14,786 bases of DNA from Candidatus Heimdallarchaeota archaeon (lineage in GTDB: Archaea > Asgardarchaeota > Heimdallarchaeia > Heimdallarchaeales > Heimdallarchaeaceae): contig DXJF01000129.1 of assembly GCA_019057375.1 (NCBI GenBank), positions 1-14,786 on the forward strand. The letters are read 5' to 3'. The notes beneath the pieces were generated by a model. The model did no database searches. It was not told the origin of the DNA and saw only the letters and a program-made list of their open reading frames with translations. The translations under genes were made by a program, and so were the position numbers. This document shows positions 7,058 through 14,636 of this stretch, in pieces. Positions within the stretch are counted from its first letter, which is position 1; each line of letters begins with the position of its first letter.

Positions 7058-8617
7058 TTGAAAATTGAAGAAAGTAAACAAGAAGAACTACTATTTGAAG
7101 ACAAGAAACTTGGAGAAAATGGAAAAGTCAAAAGCACCTCTCAAGCACCATTAGTTACATTCTATGAGACTGTTTCTCTGAGAATCAAGACGGAACTGAT
7201 GTCTGTTAGAGAATGCGAAAGGTTGAAGAGAATAACCGCAAGAGATACAAGGATCATCAGAGACTACCTCAGAATCATCAATCACAACGAGGAAAAAATT
7301 CTGAAAAAAGACGGTAAAGTCAACATATCCCTTTTGGATAAACTGACTTTAACTACTTCAAAGAAAAATGAGAACGAGATAAGGTCATCTGTTCCTCATG
7401 ACTTGAAGAAGCGTTATCCCCGTTGTTCCCATGATGAATTCCAAGAATGCAGTAGTAAAGCCATCTCGACTTATGAAAGCTGGAAAGCAAAACAGGATGT
7501 TTCCAAAAAGGAACTGAGTAGACCAGAATTCAAGAAGAAAACTCCCCGACCCATGTTCAAAGGAACTGGAAGTAGAGGTACGATCAAGGTACATTCAGAA
7601 CCTGAAAATACCGAAGCTATACTTTGGCTGGATATAAGGGATTCGCTTGACACAAGAAGATCTGACGAACGAACTGATTCGAAAAAATCTGGTACAAAAA
7701 ACCATAACAGACTATGGTTACCTTTAGCTTTCTCCCCTTATCACGAGAAGAAGCTGAAACCAGAGAACATCAAAAAGGTGGAACTCATACATAAATCCAA
7801 AGAACAACAGTGGTGGGCACATTTCACCCTCATGTATTCTGTCCCCAGCTACCACTCTACTAACCCTCCCGCAGTGTTAGGAGTAGATCTAGGGATAAAG
7901 AAGACAGCTGTTGCAGTATTACTTACACCTACGGGGAAAGTAATAATGGATGAACTCCGCTTCATTGTCAATAAGGAGAGACAGTCTAAAATTTGGCAAC
8001 TAGAAAAACAGATCGGAGATACTCAGAGGAAGTTGAACAAAAGTCTCAACAATGGTCAGCACACTGAACAGCTTAACGCTACTCTCTTTCTTCTGCGTAA
8101 AAGACTTCGTTCTGTTACTGAACAAGAACTGGGGCATGCAGTTAATCAATTAGTTGATTTCATTCTCCAGCTGAAGAAGAGTTATAATCTGTTTGTAGCT
8201 GTTGGCTATCCTAAAAACATCCGAAAGAGTCAACCTCTGGGCAGTGGAAACAAATCCCACAGAAGACGTCTACATAAATGGTGTTATCGTCTCTTTACTA
8301 CTAAACTTAAGTACAAGCTTAAACACCATGGATTTGAATCCCATCGAGTAGTAGCTGTTAATGAAAGCTGGACTTCTCAGACCTGTTCCAGGTGCAATTC
8401 TACAAATACTACCCGTACAGGACAAGGACAATTCAATTGCCATGATTGCAACTACGAACTAGATGCAGATCTGAATGGAGCAAAGAATATAGGGAAGAGG
8501 TTAATCAAATATGCGTTGAAAACAACTTTCAATTTCATATTCGATACACTAACAGAAGAATGCCACACGCTACTACACTACAACTGTTTCGAGCCCTTAG
8601 GCCAATGGCTTGAGTGA
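7058..8617 (+). CDS. tnpB: RNA-guided endonuclease TnpB, large (519 aa), rearranged RuvC-II
   Basis: RuvC-I LGVDLGIK; RuvC-II position VAVGYP (G instead of E); downstream E in VNESWTSQTC; Zn finger CSRC..CHDC; RuvC-III DADLNGAKNI. Start moved from 7043 to the TTG at 7058 because GGAGGT lies at 7045-7050. Confidence 0.92.
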   Translation: MKIEESKQEELLFEDKKLGENGKVKSTSQAPLVTFYETVSLRIKTELMSVRECERLKRITARDTRIIRDYLRIINHNEEKILKKDGKVNISLLDKLTLTTSKKNENEIRSSVPHDLKKRYPRCSHDEFQECSSKAISTYESWKAKQDVSKKELSRPEFKKKTPRPMFKGTGSRGTIKVHSEPENTEAILWLDIRDSLDTRRSDERTDSKKSGTKNHNRLWLPLAFSPYHEKKLKPENIKKVELIHKSKEQQWWAHFTLMYSVPSYHSTNPPAVLGVDLGIKKTAVAVLLTPTGKVIMDELRFIVNKERQSKIWQLEKQIGDTQRKLNKSLNNGQHTEQLNATLFLLRKRLRSVTEQELGHAVNQLVDFILQLKKSYNLFVAVGYPKNIRKSQPLGSGNKSHRRRLHKWCYRLFTTKLKYKLKHHGFESHRVVAVNESWTSQTCSRCNSTNTTRTGQGQFNCHDCNYELDADLNGAKNIGKRLIKYALKTTFNFIFDTLTEECHTLLHYNCFEPLGQWLE

Positions 8618-8902
8618 TTCTGCAAGGAATGCATCATTTAGTAAAATTTGATGTGCGAGGTCAAGAGTCAGTTATCTCTTTAGTTTGACTGATTCGGTAA
8701 TGAGTGCCCTTAATCAGCGATATGAACCCTTTGGACTGCTTACAGCAATGTAACTATCCCAGAAGACTGGTACTGTAACTTTACAGTTATACACCCTTGC
8801 TTACCCTTAGCGACGCCAGTTTAGGGGGAGTCCTGAAAGGATCTTCTTTAAAATCTAATGGATTTTGGAAGAGAATAACTCATCCCCAGAATTTACTTAC
8901 AT
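8618..8902 (+). ncRNA. Putative TnpB omegaRNA (right-end RNA) with candidate guide ~8883-8902
   Basis: Position 3' of tnpB matches the established omegaRNA location. Serial hairpins (GTCA-AGAG/CTCT-TGAC, TGATT/AATCA, CCAG/CTGG, CTGTA/TACAG, TCTTCTTTAAAATC/GATTTTGGAAGAGA) are followed by a U-tract. The 5' end may overlap the CDS. Confidence 0.6.
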
Positions 8903-8949
8903 CTTCTTTCCTTTTTTTTTCTACTAAAATCCCCAGAATTTGCTTACAT
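8882..8949. repeat. Imperfect direct repeat of the infB 3' end (8882-8902 vs 8929-8949, 20/21)
   Basis: ATCCCCAGAATTTACTTACAT vs ATCCCCAGAATTTGCTTACAT. On the minus strand the copies read KRKEDVSKFWG* and KRKNVSKFWGF*. Confidence 0.9.
8903..8920 (+). terminator. Oligo-T tract, candidate archaeal terminator for the tnpB/omegaRNA transcript
   Basis: CTTCTTTCCTTTTTTTTT immediately after the candidate guide. Confidence 0.45.
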
Positions 8950-10732
8950 TTTTCCTCTTAATCTCTGCAAATTCCTCGAGCACTTTTATATCGTCTGGGG
9001 AAATCATTTCACTAAATTTTTTCATAAGCAAAACAGCATGTTTCTCAGGAACATCAACAAATAATGAATCTCCTTCTTTGATCTGTCTCCCCACAGTAGG
9101 ACCTCTGATAGAAATAGCAACTTGTTTTCCTTTAGTAGCTTCTCCGATTGTTTCCTGATTATCTTGTATTTGACGAATTCTTCCTACCCTCTGTCCATCA
9201 TCACGTATAAGCATTTGAGTAGTTTTAATACGACCGCCTACAACCTCTACACCAACAATAGCAGGTTTATTTGCTCGAAAAGTGTGGTTAGGTAAAATGG
9301 TTATTTTACCAGGCATTGTTAAATCTTTAAGAGATTCAGATTTAATAGCATCTTTTGTATCAATCATCCATCTTTCAAAATTATCAATAAGATTGTAAAT
9401 GACTCTTTCATTAAATACTTGGATACCATTCACTTCTACTTCTTCTTGTGCACCTGGAAGTACATCTACATTAAAACAGAGAATTGCTGCAAATTCAGGT
9501 GTTTTGTTTGCAACTATTGCTGCATCAATTACGTCAATCTTTGTGACATCACCGATATCAGCTTTCTGAATAGGAATATTTTTCTCTTTTATCATATCTA
9601 CTAATGCTTCTAAACTCCCCAAAGTGTCTACTTTTAGAATAACACCATTGGTTTTTGTTTCAATTCTAAAGCTTTCTAATTCTGCTTCAACTTCTTTGAA
9701 TACTTCATCTTCTTTGCCTACAGGTGCCACTCGTAATGGGGCTCCTGCTAAAGCATCCTCAAGACCATGTGCTGCAATCTTAACACCAGCTGAGGCATAA
9801 ATTTTGTCTACTCCTTTGAATTTATCCTTTGGATCTCTCATTTCATCCAGTTCTTTGGGTTCAAGAAGAGCACGAATCTTTAACAAGGCTGGTTTTTCTC
9901 TTCCACCAACAACGATTTTATCCGTCTTCTTTATCACACCATCATAAAGAATGACATCAATTGTTGTTCCTAATCCTTCTTCATCTTTCACTTCTAGAAC
10001 TGTACCTATTCCAGGTCCTTCACTATATTCTAGTTTTCGCATCATAAATTGCTGTGTTAATCCAGCTAACACTAAGAACAAATCTGGTATTCCTTCACCA
10101 GTTTTAGCACTAGTTGGAACAATAGCAATAGCTTTTTTGAAGTCCTTGACCTGATCATATCTGAAACCTTCCATCCTCAATGCAGATAATTCACCCATGA
10201 TATCATAGATTCTATTATCCATGTCCTCTTTTGCTTTTGGAATTTGCTTGGAATAAGTTTCAGCAAAAGTAGCTCCAGGAATAGATTTCCAAGAAGAAAT
10301 TCTATCAATTTTGTTTGCAGCAATAATGAAAGGTGTTTTACGAGCACGTAAAATATCGAGAGATTCATAAGTTTGAGCTTGAAATCCTCTTGTAACATCG
10401 ACAACAAGGATTGCTATATCCGCAACAGAAGCACCTCTTTTTCTAAGATTCATAAATGCTGCGTGACCGGGAGTATCAACAATCAATAAACCAGGAATGT
10501 CAAGTTTAATTTTTGAAGCCTTCATCAAAGGACCACAAACATCAATTATTGTTTGAGATGGAAAGAAAGATGCCCCAACGTGTTGGGTTATTCCTGCAGC
10601 TTCTCTAGCTTGAACAGCAGTCCCCCTGACTATATCTAATAAACTTGTTTTACCTGAATCTACATGTCCTAGAATAACACCAATAGGACTTCTCAATCTT
10701 TTACCACTATCTGCATCTATTACTTTTGACAT
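8924..10732 (-). CDS. infB: Translation initiation factor aIF5B (IF-2)
   Basis: LRSPIGVILGHVDSGKT, GITQHVGA, DTPGH, NKID and C-terminal FWG are diagnostic. ATG 10732 is preferred over GTG 10744 because GGGAGA lies just upstream of it. Confidence 0.98.
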   Translation of the reverse strand: MSKVIDADSGKRLRSPIGVILGHVDSGKTSLLDIVRGTAVQAREAAGITQHVGASFFPSQTIIDVCGPLMKASKIKLDIPGLLIVDTPGHAAFMNLRKRGASVADIAILVVDVTRGFQAQTYESLDILRARKTPFIIAANKIDRISSWKSIPGATFAETYSKQIPKAKEDMDNRIYDIMGELSALRMEGFRYDQVKDFKKAIAIVPTSAKTGEGIPDLFLVLAGLTQQFMMRKLEYSEGPGIGTVLEVKDEEGLGTTIDVILYDGVIKKTDKIVVGGREKPALLKIRALLEPKELDEMRDPKDKFKGVDKIYASAGVKIAAHGLEDALAGAPLRVAPVGKEDEVFKEVEAELESFRIETKTNGVILKVDTLGSLEALVDMIKEKNIPIQKADIGDVTKIDVIDAAIVANKTPEFAAILCFNVDVLPGAQEEVEVNGIQVFNERVIYNLIDNFERWMIDTKDAIKSESLKDLTMPGKITILPNHTFRANKPAIVGVEVVGGRIKTTQMLIRDDGQRVGRIRQIQDNQETIGEATKGKQVAISIRGPTVGRQIKEGDSLFVDVPEKHAVLLMKKFSEMISPDDIKVLEEFAEIKRKNVSKFWGF

Positions 10733-10910
10733 TTTATCTCCCACAGAAGTTTATCTGATGATATGCTCTATTCTCAAAGAATTCTTGATTATTTTAAATA
10801 AAAAGAAATTGGTTGAACATAGTTTTTTAACTAAGAATCATCTAGCACCAGAAAATTGGAGAAACATGCTTTAATATATTGGAAGGTTAGATTATCGGGA
10901 AGGGTTCTTT

Positions 10911-13127
10911 ATGAAAATAAAAAAGAGAAAATTAAGTTTAATCGTGTGCACTCTTCTTGTAGTTCAATTCATGATTGTAATAGAAAATAGTGAAATCAAA
11001 GCTGCAAGAGAGGAAGGCAACTATGATCCAGTTCTTAGTTCACTAAAACCAATAGATAATATTACGATAAATTCAGATAGCGACTTCATAACATATGGTT
11101 TCCCTGGATACGGAAATGAAAGTCACCCATATTTAATTGATGAATACAACGTCACTTCAAGTGATCAAAGAGGGATATATGTTAGACAAACTACGGCATA
11201 TTTCATCATACAGAATTGCTACGTTAATGCTGATAATGATGGGATATCATTTTCCTATGTTGAAGCAAATACTGCTACGATCAGAAACAATACTATAGTT
11301 CATAATAGTAATCGAGCGATACAATTGATGTGGACAGAAGGGTGTCTTATTGAAGAAAATACCTTCTTTGATAATAGTCAAGCGTTATATACAAGGGAAG
11401 CACATAATACAATTTTTAGGGATAATATTATATCAGAATGTACTTCAGAAAGACCAGTTTTCATATTCAATTCCCAGTACTGTGTAATTGATAACAATGA
11501 AATCAATGGGAACGAATATGATGATTGTATTGGGTTAAGATTAGCTTTTAATACAAACATAACAAACAATAGAGTCTATAATGGTGGGATGTATATTGAA
11601 GAATATGATTCTGAAAGTTTTCTTCTATACTCCTTTGAAAACAACTATGTTAATGATAAACCACTGGGTTTCTTTAGAAATTTACAATCACTTACACTAA
11701 ATCAAGATTATTATGGACAGATACTCATTTTCAATTGTACAAATGTTGAAATTTCCTATCAAGATATTGGAAACACCAATTACGCAGTCAAGATAGCTGG
11801 TTCTAATTATGTGGAAGTACATGACTGTTCTTTCACAGAAAATGAAGAGGGTATGGACATTCAGACATCAAATTACACACATATATACAACAATCTTTTC
11901 AGTGATAACAAGATAGGATTGGATTTAGAAGATACTTGGTTTATCGATATAGAGAACAATGATTTTATTAATACTGAAAATACATGTGTGGGAATCTCAC
12001 CAAGCGAAAGCGATTACATGGAATATTCAATAGTGAGGGGAAACAATTTCTTACACTGCAAAACAGGAGTAAATCTTTATACACAGCACTATGCAAAGGT
12101 AATAGATAACTTGTTTTTGAACAATAGTATCAAAGGAATTTATATCACAGAGAGTGAAAATGCAACAATTGAAGGGAACGATTTCTATGATAATGCTATT
12201 GCAATAGATGCTCAGGACGATATAAATTGTACAGTTATCAGTAATAATTTCTATGAGAATTATGAAACAGGCGTCTATTTCCAGAATGTCTACAATAGCA
12301 CCATTAAGTATAATATCTTTGTAAGTAATTCAGAAATTGTTGATGACCAAAATTATGCAGTTTTTCTAGATTTCAACGCAGAAGGTAATAGTGTACATCA
12401 CAACATATTCTATAACAATAGTATAAGTCATTCCTCACAAGCAAGAAATGAAGGGGCAAACAACACATGGTACGATATGGCAACTCTTGAAGGGAATTAC
12501 TGGTACGATTGGACAGGAATAGGAAGTTATTATATCTATAGCGAAGGAGCCCCTGTTTTTGATTATTACCCACTCAATGATACTGATAACGATAGAATTG
12601 ATGATATAGAAGAGATATTTGACTACTATACAGACCCATTTGATGAAGACAGCGATGATGATCTTTTAACAGATGGGGCAGAAATTATCGATTACGAAAC
12701 TGATCCAACAAGTGAAGATAGCGACGGAGATGGGTTAACTGATGGCGAGGAGGTTATAAATCACAATACAGACCCACTTTCTAGAGATACAGATGGTGAT
12801 TCATTAGATGATTACTGGGAAGTTACTTATGGAACAGACCCATTCTCTAACGATACTGCAGAAGATCCAGATAAGGATAAACTTACCAATTTACAGGAAT
12901 TTTTCTATGGAACTGACCCCTTTAACGAAGACAGCGACAGCGATGGTCATTCTGATGGTAAAGAAGTGAAGAAAGGTACTGATCCACTTAATGCAAGCGA
13001 TTATCCTGCTTTTCCAGTCGGAGCTCTTGTTGGTGGTTTGGTTGGTTCAACTGTAGTTTTGGGTGGAGTTACCTTTGCTGTATTTTATATGCGTAAAGAA
13101 GAGATACTCTTCTTCAAGAAGAGCTAA
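10911..13127 (+). CDS. Secreted, C-terminally anchored right-handed beta-helix (NosD/pectin-lyase-like) protein with Ca-binding DxDxDG repeats
   Basis: Signal peptide MKIKKRKLSLIVCTLLVV; many I.NN.F..N repeats; GNYWYDW motif; six D[TSP]DxDxxx[DN]xxE repeats; TM GALVGGLVGSTVVLGGVTFAVFYM plus a charged, Lys-rich tail. Confidence 0.9.
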   Translation: MKIKKRKLSLIVCTLLVVQFMIVIENSEIKAAREEGNYDPVLSSLKPIDNITINSDSDFITYGFPGYGNESHPYLIDEYNVTSSDQRGIYVRQTTAYFIIQNCYVNADNDGISFSYVEANTATIRNNTIVHNSNRAIQLMWTEGCLIEENTFFDNSQALYTREAHNTIFRDNIISECTSERPVFIFNSQYCVIDNNEINGNEYDDCIGLRLAFNTNITNNRVYNGGMYIEEYDSESFLLYSFENNYVNDKPLGFFRNLQSLTLNQDYYGQILIFNCTNVEISYQDIGNTNYAVKIAGSNYVEVHDCSFTENEEGMDIQTSNYTHIYNNLFSDNKIGLDLEDTWFIDIENNDFINTENTCVGISPSESDYMEYSIVRGNNFLHCKTGVNLYTQHYAKVIDNLFLNNSIKGIYITESENATIEGNDFYDNAIAIDAQDDINCTVISNNFYENYETGVYFQNVYNSTIKYNIFVSNSEIVDDQNYAVFLDFNAEGNSVHHNIFYNNSISHSSQARNEGANNTWYDMATLEGNYWYDWTGIGSYYIYSEGAPVFDYYPLNDTDNDRIDDIEEIFDYYTDPFDEDSDDDLLTDGAEIIDYETDPTSEDSDGDGLTDGEEVINHNTDPLSRDTDGDSLDDYWEVTYGTDPFSNDTAEDPDKDKLTNLQEFFYGTDPFNEDSDSDGHSDGKEVKKGTDPLNASDYPAFPVGALVGGLVGSTVVLGGVTFAVFYMRKEEILFFKKS
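12579..12996 (+). repeat. Six tandem thrombospondin-type-3-like DxDxDG / TDP repeats (protein level)
   Basis: DTDNDRIDDIEE, DSDDDLLTDGAE, DSDGDGLTDGEE, DTDGDSLDDYWE, DPDKDKLTNLQE and DSDSDGHSDGKE, each followed by xxTDP. Confidence 0.85.
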
Positions 13128-13132
13128 TCTCA

Positions 13133-13151
13133 TTCTCTTTCTTCTTTTTTT
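13133..13151 (+). terminator. T-rich terminator candidate between convergent genes
   Basis: TTCTCTTTCTTCTTTTTTT directly after the stop at 13127. Confidence 0.5.
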
Positions 13152-13183
13152 AAATGTTGAAAAATTAGATTTATGAAGTTTGA

Positions 13184-13633
13184 TTACTCGTACAGCCATT
13201 CTTCATCTATTTTTGAGTAATTTGCAAATTCTGATTCATCGAAATAAATCTTGTATTCTACAATTGCATTCTCTGGTGTATCTCCAGCATGTATAATGTT
13301 TCTCCCAATTTCTAGAGCATAATCACCTCTAATTGACCCCGGTTCTGCATCCGTTGGATTTGTCGCACCTACTATTTTTCTAGTAATCTTAACTGCATCC
13401 TTCCCCTCGACTACCATTGCAACAACTGGTCCACTTGTGATATACTTCAACAAACCTTCGTAGAATGGTTTTCCTTTATGAATCGCATAGTTCTCCTCTG
13501 CTTGAGCCATAGTAACAGTAATCATTTTCAATCCAATAACTTTGAACCCTACATTTTCAATTCTTTGGATTACTTGCCCAACAAGCCCTCTTTGAACACC
13601 ATCAGGTTTAATCATAATAAACTCTCGTTCCAA
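13184..13633 (-). CDS. ndk: Nucleoside diphosphate kinase
   Basis: MIKPDGVQRGLVG, GPVVAMV, GSIRGDY and RNIIHAGD (catalytic His). TTG 13633 gives the canonical MERxFxMIKPD start, with AGGTG 6 nt upstream (track start 13642). Confidence 0.97.
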   Translation of the reverse strand: MEREFIMIKPDGVQRGLVGQVIQRIENVGFKVIGLKMITVTMAQAEENYAIHKGKPFYEGLLKYITSGPVVAMVVEGKDAVKITRKIVGATNPTDAEPGSIRGDYALEIGRNIIHAGDTPENAIVEYKIYFDESEFANYSKIDEEWLYE

Positions 13634-13763
13634 CTTATACACCTTTTATTTTGTAACAGATTTCTACTGTGATAATAAAAATTAATTGATTCAACCATAT
13701 TTATCTTGAAAATTAAAAAAAACAAAATTTCGAGTTTAAAAAAAGAATTAATAGAGAAAGGGA

Positions 13764-13952
13764 TTACACAAATTTCCTTTCGTATCTCTCTGTCCATTTC
13801 AACTTTTTAGGATCTCGTTTTTGAACTATTTGTGATTTTTTACACTTGTTTGAACAGAAATAGAGTACTGATCCTGTTTTTTGAACAAAGAGCATACCAC
13901 AACCAGGTTCCATTTCTTTTCCACAGTATGAGCATTTTTGTGTTCGTGGCAT
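13764..13952 (-). CDS. rpl24e: 50S ribosomal protein L24e
   Basis: CSYCGKEMEPGCG...YFCSNKC...RDPKKLKWT; conserved synteny. Confidence 0.97.
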   Translation of the reverse strand: MPRTQKCSYCGKEMEPGCGMLFVQKTGSVLYFCSNKCKKSQIVQKRDPKKLKWTERYERKFV

Positions 13953-13962
13953 TGTTAATCAC

Positions 13963-14184
13963 TTATCTTTTACGTATTTTTTTAGCTTCCCTTTCGGTTT
14001 CTCGGAGCATGATGACATCTCCTTTCCTAACAGGACCTTTGAGATTTCGTGTTAAGATTCTGTTTTTATCTCTACCATCAAGAACCTTAACTCTTGCTTG
14101 GGTAACTTCCCCAACACTTCCAGTTCTTGCTAGTACTTGAATAACTTCAGCAGGAGTTGCCCTATCGTCGTCTCGTGAGCTCAC
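13963..14184 (-). CDS. rps28e: 30S ribosomal protein S28e
   Basis: [26 protein letters not shown]...[11 protein letters not shown]...[11 protein letters not shown] 14184 is preferred, with SD AGGTGA 5 nt upstream (track start 14193). Confidence 0.97.
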   Translation of the reverse strand: MSSRDDDRATPAEVIQVLARTGSVGEVTQARVKVLDGRDKNRILTRNLKGPVRKGDVIMLRETEREAKKIRKR

Positions 14185-14198
14185 TTTTTTCACCTAGA

Positions 14199-14558
14199 TT
14201 ATTTCTTAAGTTCCTTCAATTTGTTGCTTAACCCTTTAATAGATTGTTTAGCTTCTCCACCATCTACAACAGCAATTGAAGCTGAACCTACTTTTAAGCC
14301 AGCGGCTTTGCCTAAATCATCTTTTGTGGCTACATAGGTATAAACAATATTATTCTCTTCACACAGAAGAGGTAAATGCATTACAATTTCAGGAGGGTTC
14401 ACATCTTCAGCAATATATACGATTAAAGCAGTCTTTCTTTCAATTGCTTTTGTAACTTCATTAGTTCCTTTTCGTATTTTACCAGTTTTAGAAGAAGTTT
14501 CTAAGATGCTTAAAGATTCTTTAACGACTTCAGCAGGAATATCAAATTTCTTGTACAT
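14199..14558 (-). CDS. rpl7ae: 50S ribosomal protein L7Ae (K-turn-binding)
   Basis: GKIRKGTNEVTKAIER, IAEDVNPPEIVMHLPLLCEE, LGKAAGL. Confidence 0.98.
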   Translation of the reverse strand: MYKKFDIPAEVVKESLSILETSSKTGKIRKGTNEVTKAIERKTALIVYIAEDVNPPEIVMHLPLLCEENNIVYTYVATKDDLGKAAGLKVGSASIAVVDGGEAKQSIKGLSNKLKELKK

Positions 14559-14563
14559 TTTTA

Positions 14564-14609
14564 TTTCACCTCGGGCACACAGACAATTGTGCCTTCATTA
14601 GGTATGAAA
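14564..14609 (-). promoter_or_regulatory. Kink-turn in rpl7ae 5' UTR overlapping the Shine-Dalgarno (autoregulatory element)
   Basis: Minus strand: TTTC-AT-ACC-TAAT-GA-A-GGCAC-loop-GTGCC-C-GA-GGT-GAAA, i.e. tandem sheared G.A pairs, a bulge and C/NC stems. SD GAGGTGA (14566-14572) lies inside it. Confidence 0.75.
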
Positions 14610-14625
14610 ACAAAGTTTGGATTTA

Positions 14626-14633
14626 GTTTAAAA
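14626..14633 (-). promoter_or_regulatory. TATA box candidate for the rpl7ae operon
   Basis: TTTTAAAC, ~24 nt upstream of the K-turn C-stem. Confidence 0.5.
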
Positions 14634-14636
14634 GAC

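Larger units (their letters stand above)
6764..8882 (+). mobile_element. Possible non-autonomous IS200/IS605- or IS607-type tnpB-only element; ends not firmly defined
   Basis: tnpB is flanked by hairpin-rich noncoding DNA on both sides; no tnpA in the window; boundaries are inferred. Confidence 0.4.

Noticed and set aside
6759-8930. TAAAAT at 6759-6764 and 8925-8930 as a target-site duplication
   Set aside because: A 6-bp AT word is common here, and tnpB-family elements do not normally make TSDs; kept only as a TAM hypothesis.
10750-10790. CTGATGA as a hammerhead core or C/D box
   Set aside because: No matching GAAA/stem or D box; likely part of the divergent promoter region.
13682-13717. 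Imperfect AT-rich inverted repeat between rpl24e and ndk
   Set aside because: Low complexity; expected by chance in this composition.
4889-14140. Short nested/antisense track ORFs (4889, 6322, 6572, 7385, 7471, 8940, 9419, 9951, 10177, 11378, 12373, 13478, 13612, 13832)
   Set aside because: They lie within or opposite well-supported genes and have no motifs.
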